Assembly (NCBI GenBank): GCA_036630325.1
Contig: CP142728.1
Coordinates: 620,001 to 684,000, forward strand
DNA: 64,000 nt
Source of the DNA: Vairimorpha necatrix
Taxonomy: Eukaryota
Reading direction: 5' to 3'
Positions 49,304-61,418 of this stretch are shown one piece after another. Under the pieces are notes generated by a model. The model ran no database searches. It saw nothing but the letters and a program-made list of their open reading frames with translations, and had not been told where the DNA came from. Each line of letters starts with the position of its first letter. Within the stretch, counting starts at the first letter, position 1. The position numbers were made by a program, and so were the translations under genes.

Positions 49304-49558
49304 TTAAATTTGGTTTTTATCGTCATAAAACATGTTATAAATAACAGTCTGCCTCTTCAAGACATCAAGAAAGTCCCCTTGTTCCTCTAAATATTTCTTC
49401 ACCACACATGATTTCTTTCCATTATTTATTTGATTTTTTAATTCTGTAAAATCTTCATTTACTTTTCTAGTAAAGAAGCTCTTGTAAGCTGGAGATTTAA
49501 ATTGTCCAATTGCTTGCAGTAAATTTTTATAAATATCTTTGACATTTGAAGGAATCAT
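49304..49558 (-). CDS. ISD11: Isd11 (LYR-family partner of cysteine desulfurase, mitosomal Fe-S assembly)
   Basis: IYKNLLQAIGQFKSPAYKSFFTRKVNEDF (degenerate LYR...F..Y...R...F) and the C-terminal LDVLKRQTVIYNMF typical of Isd11/LYRM4; 84 aa; ccc motif upstream. Confidence 0.85.
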   Translation of the reverse strand: MIPSNVKDIYKNLLQAIGQFKSPAYKSFFTRKVNEDFTELKNQINNGKKSCVVKKYLEEQGDFLDVLKRQTVIYNMFYDDKNQI

Positions 49559-49587
49559 TAAAAGGGCTTATAAAATATAATTTTTTT

Positions 49588-49926
49588 CTAAATATATTTC
49601 TCTATTCCTTTAAGATATTCTTTTATTATATTTTCTCGGCTATCACTAATTTCTTTATTTTTATTTACTTCTCTTTCTTTCTCTATAAAATATCTTAAGA
49701 CTTCTTTATTTTCTTTAGTAAAGTCTAAATATTCTTTGGGAATCATCAAGTCTTCAGAATCTTTAGTAACCTCTTTACAGTTTTTTATAAAATTAGATAT
49801 TTCATTAACAGGAAATAAATCATTATTTTTGTCTTCTATTTTCTGTATAATAAAATTTAAATCTTTTAGACATTGATTTATTGAATTTGTAAAAATTAGT
49901 TTAGTGTCTTTTTTGTAGACCTTCAT
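49588..49926 (-). CDS. Probable Mediator subunit Med10 (Nut2)-like protein (112 aa)
   Basis: Start moved to the ATG after ccc (49926). DLMIPKEYLDF..EN....Y resembles the Med10 IPxEVLxYIDxGxNPxxY motif, with matching size and helical pattern. By eye. Confidence 0.5.
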   Translation of the reverse strand: MKVYKKDTKLIFTNSINQCLKDLNFIIQKIEDKNNDLFPVNEISNFIKNCKEVTKDSEDLMIPKEYLDFTKENKEVLRYFIEKEREVNKNKEISDSRENIIKEYLKGIEKYI

Positions 49927-50004
49927 GAAGGGAACAAAAAAAAATAAGGAAAAATGTAGAAAACTTATCAAGAATTTAAAATTTATGCATTTTTTTATAC
50001 AAAC

Positions 50005-50085
50005 AAATTTAATACAAAATTAAATACAAAATTAAATACAAAATTTAATACAAAATTAAATACAAAATTAAATACAAAATTAAAT
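50005..50085. repeat. 12-bp minisatellite aaatt(a/t)aataca x~6.7
   Basis: Units start at 50005, 50017, 50029, 50041, 50053, 50065 and 50077 (partial); variant order T,A,A,T,A,A. Confidence 0.9.
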
Positions 50086-50149
50086 TTAAATATAATATTA
50101 TATAAGTACTTATATATCATATTTAAACTCAAATTATATTTTATTTTTT

Positions 50150-51403
50150 TTATAAGTTCTTTTTTATGCTATTAAAATAATAGGCTTGATTATCTTTTAT
50201 ATTATTTAGTAAATTAATGACGTCATTGACATAACATTCGTGTTCATTTTTGATTTTTATTATTTCATATTCTAAATTCTTACTCTTCTTAATATTCTCG
50301 TCTATTAAATCTTGCGTCGTATTTCTTTTCACTGAAATGTCTTTATAATCTCCTTTTAATTTATCCATTTTATTATAAATTTCTTCTGTACATTTTCTAT
50401 CATTCTCTTGTAAATTATATATTTTGCTTTCTATATGACTAATCTGTCTTATAATATAATTCAATCTTATTTTACTTGCATTTATAGTGCTTTCTATATT
50501 CTGAATAATAATATCTTCATTAGATATAAATGACTCAATATCTTCTATTTCATTATAAATATTCTTTATAATTACACTCTTCTCAATTAATATTTTAAAA
50601 TCTTCTTTACTTTTATTTAATCCAGAAATTTTATTTATAAAATTTTGTCTTTCAATTTCTAAATTTTTAAGGGACAAATTTTCTCTAACTAAAAGTTCTT
50701 TCATTTCTTTTAAAAGTAAAACTAATTTCCCAGGGTCACTGACAACTTGAGTTTTTAATAATTCGATTTCTTTCTTTAAATTCATCACCAATAATTGATG
50801 AGAATTCAATTTATCATTTAATTCATCTCTTTCTATTTTTAATTTTTCTGTGTCATTTACTAACCCCCTCTGAATTTTTATAATTTCTTTAAGTTCATTG
50901 TCTAAATCATTAATTTCTCCTTCTAAATTTCCTTTGTTTTTATTTTGTGTGTTTAAATTTATTTTTATGTTTTTTATTTCTTTTTCTTTATTTTTTATCT
51001 TTTTTTCTATTTCTTCAAACAATTGATTTTTTTCCTCGTTTATGCATTTCATTTTTTTATAAATTTGTTTTTTTGTATCTCTGTACATTGAATAATTTAC
51101 AGTGTAAGATAAAATATTAATCAATCTTCTTGATTCACAAGATAAATCTTTAATATTGAAATCAGGAATACCAATTTTAGTAAAAAATGAATAAATGTTT
51201 TTATAAATTATTAATTGATAAAGAGATTCATCAATATTGTAATCTATTTTAGTATTGCAAAAATAAATAAGTAAATTTTCATATAATCGTAAGAGGAAAG
51301 AATTTGTGGGTTTTAAAATGTCAGATTGTCTAAGATCTATTTCTATATCATTAAAATATTGGACTATGTCTTTAAGAGGCAAATCGGGAACATGATTATG
51401 CAT
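50150..51403 (-). CDS. NUF2: Kinetochore protein Nuf2 (Ndc80 complex)
   Basis: N-terminal CH-like domain PDLPLKDIV...DILKPT...KIGIPDFNIKDL...RRLINILSYTVNYSMYR, then a long coiled coil containing VVSDPGKL (IVQSPEKL-like); C5 run before the ATG. Confidence 0.9.
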   Translation of the reverse strand: MHNHVPDLPLKDIVQYFNDIEIDLRQSDILKPTNSFLLRLYENLLIYFCNTKIDYNIDESLYQLIIYKNIYSFFTKIGIPDFNIKDLSCESRRLINILSYTVNYSMYRDTKKQIYKKMKCINEEKNQLFEEIEKKIKNKEKEIKNIKINLNTQNKNKGNLEGEINDLDNELKEIIKIQRGLVNDTEKLKIERDELNDKLNSHQLLVMNLKKEIELLKTQVVSDPGKLVLLLKEMKELLVRENLSLKNLEIERQNFINKISGLNKSKEDFKILIEKSVIIKNIYNEIEDIESFISNEDIIIQNIESTINASKIRLNYIIRQISHIESKIYNLQENDRKCTEEIYNKMDKLKGDYKDISVKRNTTQDLIDENIKKSKNLEYEIIKIKNEHECYVNDVINLLNNIKDNQAYYFNSIKKNL

Positions 51404-51733
51404 TTTAAGGGGGTAAAATATTAAACAAACAAATTAACAACGCATAAACACAAAATGCATAAAAAATAGCAAACAAATTTAACAAGACCAACATAATTTA
51501 TTCTAAATGAATAAACCTAAAAGATACAGAAATATTCTAGAAATTTCAAAATCGAATAATTTGATCATCATCGACATTATCAATAAAAGTTTGGCTTGCT
51601 TGTATTAATAGACCCTAATTAAGGGTGTTCATTTTTTGGCCCAAAAATTGAAGTGCAAAAAAAGGAGGAGCAAAAATGTAACAAAAATAATCAATGACTT
51701 CTCGTATTTAAATTATTGGATTAATGTTTGTCG

Positions 51734-54457
51734 CAGTTCGGAGCGGACGCCAAGGGTAAAAAATTAAAAAAAATCTCTTCGGTGAGGATCGAACCAAAAA
51801 AAAAGAACAAATAAATGTTCATCTTAAATGATAACCAAAGTTTGTCTCGATTTTTTGAGGGGTAAATTTTTGCTATTTTTTTATAATAATGGGAGGGAAT
51901 AATGAAAAAAAGGAGAAAAATAAAAAAAACAAAATTTTTAGTACTTTATTCATTACCAAGCAACTTAGATCTGTAGTACTTATTTCTTCTATTATAATGC
52001 CATTATCATCTTCATTCCATAATTTTACTTTATTAAATTGTATTATGTCTGTTACAATATAGACCTCAGCATCTAAATGTTCATAAAGAGAATGTCTTCT
52101 GGTATTGACGTTGTTGTCCAAGTAAGGTCTTATAAGGACTCTATCTCCTATTTTAAATTCTAAGAAATCATTTCTCCACATACTCCTTTTTCCCATTCTA
52201 TCTGCAGCAGTTTGTGCATGAATTCTAGCTGCATCATGATAAATTTCATTTAAAAGAGGTTTGTGTCATTAAGAGCATATAGTTACTGGATTTCCTCATT
52301 AGTATTGCAATCTAGAACATCTGATAAACTTTCTTCAGAGCGTTCTTCGTCCTCACACTCTTGTTCGTGATTTTCGCCATTAATCGAGTCTAGAATACCC
52401 GTGATTCTAGACTCGTTCATTATGTCCTTAATGGGCCTTCCAAACCACAGAGAGAATGGTTTTGTCTCGTAGTAAAGTGTCTTAAATTATTATAAGACCA
52501 GGCAACTCGCTCGTACCTTGTTCCATTGCCCACTAAATATTTTTTGTCCTGAGAGTAGATGCAATCATCCTCTTTATTGTTTAATTGCATCGTTCTATCT
52601 GTCCTTGTATCCATGGACATCTAGCTCTCCCCCTTACATGTCTTATTTCATATTTCTGACATAAATCGACGAGTGTTTGATTTACAAATTCTCTGCCATA
52701 TCAGTATGAAGTATATAACAAGAACAAAACGTCCTAAACAATGTTTTAAAAGCATTCCCTACACTAATACTTGATTTGTCATATAGTGGTACCGCCCAAC
52801 AAAATTTGGTAAAAGAATCTACTATATTCAATAACCATTTATATCCTTCATTGAGTTAGTGATATAGCCGGAGATCAATCAAGTCTGCAACATATCTTTC
52901 CCTTGGATACTTTGCTACAATTGGTCTAATAGCTGGTCTAGTTACTAGATTTCTCTTTGATTAACATATATCACAGCTATTCAAGACCCTCTGGATATCT
53001 TTTTGTGTTGCGTCGTAGACTTTTGTTTGCAATAATGGAAACAATCTGCCCCGTCCCGCATGCCCATTTGAGACATTAATCAATTTTAAATCGCTGCTAG
53101 CTGGTGGTAAAGAATCTTAATAATCTATATAGACCTACTTTAAATCTCGCCCTGAGCTCTGTGATACCGCCAATTACATCCTCAAAAAGATACATTTTTG
53201 TGCGTTTTCCCTGAAAGCACCTCTTTCTTTTTTTTCTACCAACCTTGTTGGAACAATAATAGTCTGTAAAAAGACAAAAACTTCTTGTCTTTCATTGTTA
53301 TTAAATTTTATTTTCATGCCCTTAAAATTAAAGAAATTTTAAATACAAATTACGGCTAAAGTCAGCTTTAACGGAAAAATTTTATATAGGGTTTTTTTTG
53401 ATTTTTTTGCCCCTTTTTTAAAAAAATGGAGGAGAGAATTCAAACAAGAGAAGAACTTGAAAATATATATTATGAATTGAAAATAGAAAAAGCGAAACGC
53501 AAATGTGAATCTCGTGGGGTCAGAAATGAAAATAAAGGACAAAAAAAGCATGATCCTGAGATGTAAATGGACTAAATGCAAATTTAATGTTTCTGTATGG
53601 AAAGATACTTTCTTTCAGCATTCTAGACTAGAACATATTACAGTATTGCAGATACTTAATATGTGGTTTCTTGGATATTCTCGTAAGTCTATCTGTCAAA
53701 TCCTAGGTTGTTCACGGCAATCAATATCTAATATATTAAAAAAGTTTAAGAAATTGATATTTATGAGAAATTTCTGGCCAGTATCGGAATTATAGGTGGT
53801 AATAATACTATTGTAGAAATTGATGAATCTAAGATTGGTAAAAATAAATATAATAGAGGCCAACCAGTAAAAGGTTTCTGGTGTTTTGGTATGGTCGAGC
53901 GTACCATACAACGCCAAATTATATTTATATATATTGAGAAAAGAGACCAAATAACACTAACTAATCTTTTGTTAAAGTATGTAGACAGAAATAGTACAAT
54001 TTATAGCGATATGTGGATAGCATACCGTAATTTGGGCTTAATATTTAACCAACATCTGATGGTAAATCATTCTCTACACTTCAGAGACCCAATAACCGGA
54101 GTTCATACCAATACCATAGAAGGTAATTGGCGCTCTCTAAAAAATTCTATTACAAATAGAAACAGATCTGTTCGTAGTGCTAAACTTCATTTATTCAGGT
54201 ATATGCTACAAAGGAACTCTTCTGCCCCGTTTTTCACGCATTATTAAATTATTTATTTTATTTGTTATTTTTGTTTCTTCCTCAACATTTTCTCTCCTCC
54301 ATTTTTTTAAAAAAGGGGCAAAAAAATCAAAAAAAACCCTATATCGAAATTTTTCCGTTAAAGCTGACTTTAGCCCAAATTACAAATAAACACCAATTTT
54401 TTTTTAATTTTTCACCCTTTTCAATTAAGCATTTTCCCTGGCGTCCGCTCCGAACGG
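51734..54457 (-). mobile_element. TIR-bounded integrase-only DNA transposon (Ginger2/TDD-like), decayed, with a nested Merlin
   Basis: TIR core gttcggagcggacgcca(a)ggg at 51736 and its reverse complement ending 54455. Relic ORF from ATG 53317: GHAGR...CDIC (H2C2), ERYVADLIDL, LNIVDSFTKF, ILHTD, WSYNN, FKIGDRVLI (SH3-like). No RT or RNase H. Exact termini and TSD unresolved. Confidence 0.78.
53354..54375 (+). mobile_element. Merlin DNA transposon, frameshifted transposase
   Basis: ~85-bp TIRs (ggctaaagtcagcttta...), perfect 8-bp TSD caaattac at 53346-53353 and 54376-54383. Transposase from ATG 53426 through EIDESK, YSDMWIAY, HTNTIEGNW to ~54250. Confidence 0.95.
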
Positions 54458-55195
54458 TTGCAATAATTTATATTTTTTTAGGACGACAAAGTTTAGTGGT
54501 ATGCTTACGAGTTTTTTTGCGCATGGGGCGTGGGGTTAAGTCCTGTTTAGAGCTATTGTTTATTTAGATGTATAAGGATTCAGGCAGGGTCTTCCTTGAG
54601 GATTTCGAGGGTCACCCGCACTGGAGTTAAAATGGGATTCTAAGTCATAGGTGTCTATGCTTGCATGTGTGAACTTTTTAGGGGATACCCCTCGCACGCC
54701 GCAGTTTCTATTAATTCATATATTTCCATCATACATATACTTGGTAACCTTACAAAGGCAATACAGCATTATATATTTAATACTAAATGTTCAGGTCCTT
54801 ACATTTCTTCAGGCTTAAAGTGAAATTATTGCACAACTAAAAATATTTAAGCAAAGTCTTCAGCAATCCGATTATTGTAGCGACCTAGTGTTGGCCCATC
54901 TACGGAAAAAAATAAAAATTTTGTTGCGCAACTAGGACAAACAAAAAGAAACAAAAAGTTACGTTTTTAAATACAAATGTTGCGTCGTGTCCACTATATT
55001 TTTGTGTTTATATTTCGTGATGATGACAATAACACTTTAGATAAGTGGACAAGGGAATTACCTTCGATCAATATTAGTATAAATTTCATACCTTAAATAA
55101 GGATTAATTTTTTACACAATTTCAAAAGATTAAGGTTTTAAGCATATTTATCTGCAAAAAAAATAAAAGAACAATAAAAATCCTATTTATTGTAT

Positions 55196-56374
55196 CTATT
55201 GTGAGTTTTTGGTAGCGCAACCGCACACTGCCTTGACACGATTATTTAGTTCGGTTTTGCCTGTATCATAAAACTTTATGAAACTTCTTTTTAAAAGGGT
55301 AATGTCTTTTGCAACTTTATTTTTCTTGCCTTTTTTAATTTCAAGTTTATTACAGTAAATGCCATAAATTGATTCTATCAAATCAGGGACATTTATAGCA
55401 TTTGTTATTTCATATATTTTCCATATTAATAGTTTCAAATTGTGTATAACCTGTAAAATATCGTGCTTTATGTATAATTTTGTTGTTTTACAAATGATAT
55501 ACTCATTTATTTCTTTAATAAATTCTAACGCATCAATAATTACACCATTGCCAAAAAAAGATTTTTTTTCGATTTGTTCCTTGATCGACGTGGTCCTTTT
55601 CATCATTTTCTCTCTGTATCTGTATTTGAAAGAATCAATATAATTTCTTAAATTATTGATTTCTTCTTTAGCACAAAAAGAATCAAAATTATAATCTCTT
55701 ATTGGTATAGGATTCTGTAACATATAATCTTGTTCTTTTTTATGAATTTCGCAAAATTTATTTTTCATTTCTGATAGTTTCTTATCTAGTGATGCATCAT
55801 TATCTTTTTCATTTGTATGGTTTTCTTTGCATTCGTCATAAAATAGTTGTTGATAATTATTGTTTAAATAAGATTTATTATTTGTCAAATTACTTTTATA
55901 TATTGGATTTTCATCGGAAATTATCGGTTCCACTGCATTTTTCTGTTTAAATTTATTATTGCATTGAAAAGTAGAACTGTCTTGATAATAAATTTCTTCT
56001 CTCTCCCAAATTTCCGCTATATCTCTCGAAACTTCTTGCATTAATTCTTCATTTGTCTGATATGTTGTGTTTTGTGAAAAGTTCTCATCGTTTTTCAAAT
56101 AATTAACTAAATTTTGTATTTGCATTTCTTCTGATGTTTTTTTGTTTTCTTGATATTTATTTTTTTCCATAGCTGGTCCATAATTTTTTTCATAGTAATC
56201 CATTATATCCTCAACAAATTCAGTCTCTTCGTTTTCATCATACCCCTCTGCCATAATTGTATCAAAATCAAGACTCGTATTGCTATCTATTTGGTTATAA
56301 TTCGGTAGATGTTCAATTATTGTAGTATTAAATATGTTATTTGAACATTTTAGTAGAAAGAAGTATAAAAACAT
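55196..56374 (-). CDS. Family A putative secreted protein (392 aa)
   Basis: MFLYFFLLKCSN start directly after ccc; shares long identical blocks with 61419-62618. Confidence 0.9.
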   Translation of the reverse strand: MFLYFFLLKCSNNIFNTTIIEHLPNYNQIDSNTSLDFDTIMAEGYDENEETEFVEDIMDYYEKNYGPAMEKNKYQENKKTSEEMQIQNLVNYLKNDENFSQNTTYQTNEELMQEVSRDIAEIWEREEIYYQDSSTFQCNNKFKQKNAVEPIISDENPIYKSNLTNNKSYLNNNYQQLFYDECKENHTNEKDNDASLDKKLSEMKNKFCEIHKKEQDYMLQNPIPIRDYNFDSFCAKEEINNLRNYIDSFKYRYREKMMKRTTSIKEQIEKKSFFGNGVIIDALEFIKEINEYIICKTTKLYIKHDILQVIHNLKLLIWKIYEITNAINVPDLIESIYGIYCNKLEIKKGKKNKVAKDITLLKRSFIKFYDTGKTELNNRVKAVCGCATKNSQ

Positions 56375-57813
56375 GGGATAAATATTAATTTTTTTACAAT
56401 AATATTAATATTTAACATAAATTGATTTTTTTAAAATCAATTTTTATATTTTATAAAGATCTAATAAAGCCGGGCATTATTGTGTGTTCATGCGTATACT
56501 ATCTTTTTTTCAAAAAAGAAAATTTGATTTACGCATTAGGGCCCATTAACCATTTTTGGCTAATGTATATTGGAAGGTGATATGATTTTTAAATCAGTAA
56601 TTATAAATTTCTAGCAAGTTTTAAAAAACAACATAAAATACAAATGTTTTTTTGGCTTTATAAAGATATTTTATTATGTTTAAGTATTAATTTTACCACT
56701 TATCGATCAAATTTTTAATGCTAAAAGTTTTTGCAATTTTTTGTGGAGGATTTAATTCATCTATATGACACTTCTGATATTATTTGTGAACTTAGTTTTA
56801 CAAGAATAATAGGTAAATTAAAATGTATTTTAACAATATAAACTTCTATAAGTTCCTCAAATGACACCTATAATCTATTTTTAAAATCATGATAACGTAA
56901 AGTACTGAGTATATAATTTTTAGATCAAAAATTACAAAAATTGTTAAAAAATTGAATAAAAATCATTTTGAAAATTCCAATAGAAAATAGTAAATGAAGA
57001 TTTAGACATAAGCAAATGTATCAAGACAGAATTATATAATAATATCATATAAATAATAAATGTAAAGCGCCAGCGTTGACTTGCCAAAAAACGTAAAATG
57101 AAGGGAAAAAATAAACACAAAGAAATTTTTAAAATTGAATGTTTATATTAGAGTTTTAAGCTTAAACATAAGTAAAAAATGTGTACGCTCTTTGTTTAAC
57201 ATTATACTTTGTTGTTTGAGAAAATTTTCGTAATCGTAACTTTGTATAAAAAAAAATAAAAGTTTGAGCTATTTCAATTAGTAAATTATCAAAATTTTTA
57301 GCTATATTAATCTGTCATCAAATCCAAAAGGATATCTGGAGTTATGGACTAATAAATGATGTTCTATTCTAGCAAGTCAATTTAAATCAACGAAAAGTAT
57401 GATTTTTTCCTCAAAAACATTAATCTACACAACTCTTTTATTTACTGTCCCAATAAACATTCAATTTTTTTTATACAATCATTTAAAACCCTTTTCTCAT
57501 TCTAGGTACAAACAAAATCCTAATAATTTTTATAATAAGTCAAATGAACCTGCTTTGTTGCACCATGTTTGGCTAGATTGTATTGCGAACAATTTTATCG
57601 AGATGGTTGAAAGATTCATTTTCATATTTATTTCTAGAATTTGCAACGGCCATCGTAACTTTATCAATTCCATGTTTTTGAATAGTTTTAGTTAATGTTC
57701 AGTTATATCTTTATATTTGACTCTTAAACTGTATCGACGCAGCCTATTATGTTTTTTACAAATCAAAGTCTATACAAAGCTGTTATATATTAAACCTACT
57801 GAATTCCTTATAT

Positions 57814-60452
57814 CAGGGGTCGGCAACCTTTTTGAAAAAAAGTTCGAAATGGGCAATTGCAAAATCTTAAAACGAAAAACGGGCTTAAGCTCAAAAAAAT
57901 ATTTAAGAAAATTAAAATAAATGCTCTGGAAATCCTTTTAAAAAAAACATTTCGTAGCGAATAATACGATTATGATTTTTTTAGTATTTTTTTAAAGATA
58001 GGCATCTTTAACAAGTATTAATTCTTTATATTAAAACAAAAATTATAATTAAATATTTTTACAAGAGTTTTCTTAAGTGATTAAAAAATCGGAAAAAAAT
58101 AAATTTAATGGTTTTATATAGATTAATAGACATTGTTTTGACAAGAATGCGAAGCAAATTTCTTCATAATTACTTTAAAGAGGTTTCAATTTTGTTTTCG
58201 ATTAAATCTCGAAGAAATAACAAAAATTAACTACGTGTAGAGAAATACTTAGAAGCAATACTTTTTAATGAGAAACTTGATTTTGCATGTCATCTGCAAT
58301 TTGGTCATAATTAATGATATGGGATGAATTGGCAGCTCTTAAACAGTTATCTAAATGTTTGTCCAGAAGTTGTGTTCGATATTTTGATTTTAAATACGTC
58401 ATGTAGGAAAAAAGAGCTATACAATTATATGTGGTTTCACAATATGAAAATATTTTGAGTGCACATTTTCTTAAAATGGGAAAACTATTATTTGAAACCA
58501 ATTTTCAAAAAGCCTTGTCTAAATAATGAGATTTTAAAACTACATCAATCTTCAAATACATAATTTCAATTTCTAAGTCATCCATGTTTACTATATAAAA
58601 CAAATTAGAAATTTTTACTAGTAAATCAGAATCAAAAACATTAAAAGGATTAACAAAAAATGGAATTACTTCCTATAATGATCGAAAATCATAAATCTTT
58701 TATAAAACTCAATCAGTAATAAATCTATTGCACCCTTGTACGATGTAGGATCATATTCATAAATATTTAATTTTATTTTTTCAATTATTAACTTAATCTT
58801 TTGAAAATGAGATAAGGATTTCTTCATTAAATGTATTTTTAAAGTTCTAACTTATTTGCAAAAGAATTAATTAAGCTCATCATATCTGCAATATGTGAAT
58901 TCTTTTGTTGTAATTTTAAATTTAGTTCGTTAAATTTCATTGTGATATCCGCTAAAAATTCAAGATCTAATAACGAGCTTTTATTTTCTAATTCTATATA
59001 AGTTTCATTTCTCATTGCAATAAATTCCTTTATTTGAGGTAAAAGCTTAATAAAGCGTTCAAGAACTTTGCCTCGGCTAAGACATATCACTTCTGTATGA
59101 AGAACTAATTCATTAAATCTCCGTTTTCTTCCTCCAAAAGCAGCTTAAACAGACTATGTTGAGTTGCTTTGGCTCTTATCGAATTTTTAATTTTAGTAAC
59201 AATTAAAAAAATATGATTAAAATTATTATTTTTTTAAAATAAAACTTGTTGATGAATTATACAGTGATATGAAATAAACTTATGAAACAAAGAATCTTTT
59301 CTACATAAACCAATAAATCCGTTTTCTTTTCCGACAATTGCTCGTGCACCATCAGTAGCAATAGAAGAAAGTTTTCGAAGTGGTATATTTTTATCGACAA
59401 TAAATTTTTTAAATAAAGAAAAAATGTCTTTTCCCGTTGTACGAGCAGTTAAAGGTAGAATTTTCAAAAATTCCTCTTTAGTTGAAAAGTCATTAAATAC
59501 CATTTTTATAGAAACAATTAGTTGTGCTGTGTCAACTACATCGGTAGATTCATCAAGCTGAAAAGAGAAATACATACAATTTCTTAAGTCTTTATCTAAT
59601 TCTGATTCTAAATTATTAGCAATTAATTCCATTCTTCATGATGCAGTTCTAGCTGATAATGCAACATATTAATAGCTTTTAAAAATTCGGTCTTGTTTTC
59701 AAAATCTTCAAAAAGAGAATCCGACGCTGTTATCATAGCTCTTTTATAATTTCTGCATCAGTAAAGGGGGGGTTTTTCTTAGCCAACAGATGTGCAACTT
59801 TTATTGAAGCTGCAGTGGCCGCCTTTGAAAGCTCTTTTGGCTTTGTAAAACATCCTGCTGTTTTATAATTGCTGATTTTAAAGATATCAACTTACTTTTT
59901 TGCAGTTCAGAATTCAGTGGGCATTCAATATTTATATTTTCATGCAAACTATTGAAGTGTCGTTCTAAGTTACTTTTTTTGCATATTGCAATGCTTTTGT
60001 TGCACAATAAACAAATGCACCTACCTTGAAAGGTAAAAAGAAAAAAATCTTCATCCCATAAATTATTGAATTGATAATTTCTTTTTTTTTGAAGGTTCCA
60101 TAAAGGGGCAAAAAAAATTTGTAATAAATTTTAAAAATTTATTGAATTTTGCATAGGCATGTTTTATGGCATAATTATTGTCAAAATAAATTTTAAAGAA
60201 CTTTATAATTGAAATAAAAAATTTTATTGTTATAATCTTCATATGTAAGAAAATTTTTGTTAGAAGATCTTTTTGCTCGACGAAAAGTACATCAACTCCT
60301 TATAATTTACTCCCAATATTTAGTATTAAAAATGTAATTGACCATTTATTTTCAAAAAATGAAATATTAAATTTTTAAAATTTCTTCTCAATGAGAAAAA
60401 TGAAAACGGGCGCACAAAATTATTGAAACGGGCGCTTCGTTGCCGACCCCTG
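57814..60452 (-). mobile_element. hAT DNA transposon (Buster/Charlie, GTF2IRD2-like transposase), decayed
   Basis: 14-bp TIRs caggggtcggcaac / gttgccgacccctg; 8-bp TSD ccttatat / ctctatat with central TA. Fragmented transposase from ATG 60101 (CLLC...NLERHF, FSFQLDESTD, ATDGARA, HCIIHQ, LSRGKVLERF, C-terminal hAT dimerisation region ending 58265); subterminal aaacgggc repeats. Confidence 0.93.
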
Positions 60453-61418
60453 CTCTATATGTATTCTATTTAATTAATTCCCAATTTTTCATATTACATT
60501 TTTTTAATACTAAAAATGTCTGTTTTATGAAAATAAACGTAAAAAGCATTGCTGAAGTTGCTACCATGACGCATCGAGTGCAAATTATGATAAAATATGT
60601 GATATGTTTACATTAGTGTGTTTAAAGCCAAGGAGCAGTTTCAGACATTTCATGTAAAGAGACGATCATACCCCTGTGCGACTTTAAAAAGTTGAAAAAT
60701 ACCAGGAACTAACACAGAAAAATGTAAAATCATATGAATTATATGATTTTAAACCAGATATAAATTTAACTGAACTCCTTAAAAACACAAGTCTCTATTT
60801 CTAGTTAAATAATACTCAATCAAAATTTGAACAACATTTTATTGATACACTTATATTTATAATTATATTAATCAACATTAAAATCAAATTCAGAAATTAT
60901 ACGAAATCAAGGAGAGTTCTATAAGATAAAACCATTAAAAAACTGTATAAAAATATACCTGTTTATTGATTTTTCAAAAGAGACAAAAATCAAACTTTCA
61001 AAAGCATTGTAAAATGCATATCTAACACTAAATATCTAAACACTTATACGGGCTATGAAATGAATTCTTGCTTAACGCTTAATATTGAAATAATGCTTTT
61101 GGGATTTGATTGTTGTACTGAACTAGTGTTGTGATGTCTACGAAAAAAATTAATTTTTTGTTAGAGAACTGAGACATACGCTACTCATATGCGGTCAAAT
61201 ATTAAACCACAAAAGTTGTGCCATGATTAATACTTTTTGTGTTCATAATTTTTATGCTAAAATTAATCTTATGATATAAGTGACGGCGATAATACGACCC
61301 ATCAATAAAAGTATAAATTTTTATACCTCAGATAAGATAAATTTTCAATACCGTTTCAAAAAGATTGAGGTATCAAGTATAATAACCTGCAAAATATAAT
61401 AAATGAATAATAAAAATC

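Noticed and set aside
54470-54720. GC-rich non-coding patch after the integrase element
   Set aside because: No second copy, ORF or convincing fold seen; similar unassignable patches occur near 22.4-23.3, 26.3-26.8, 30.5-31.6, 33.3-33.8, 37.2-37.7 and 44.9-45.3 kb.
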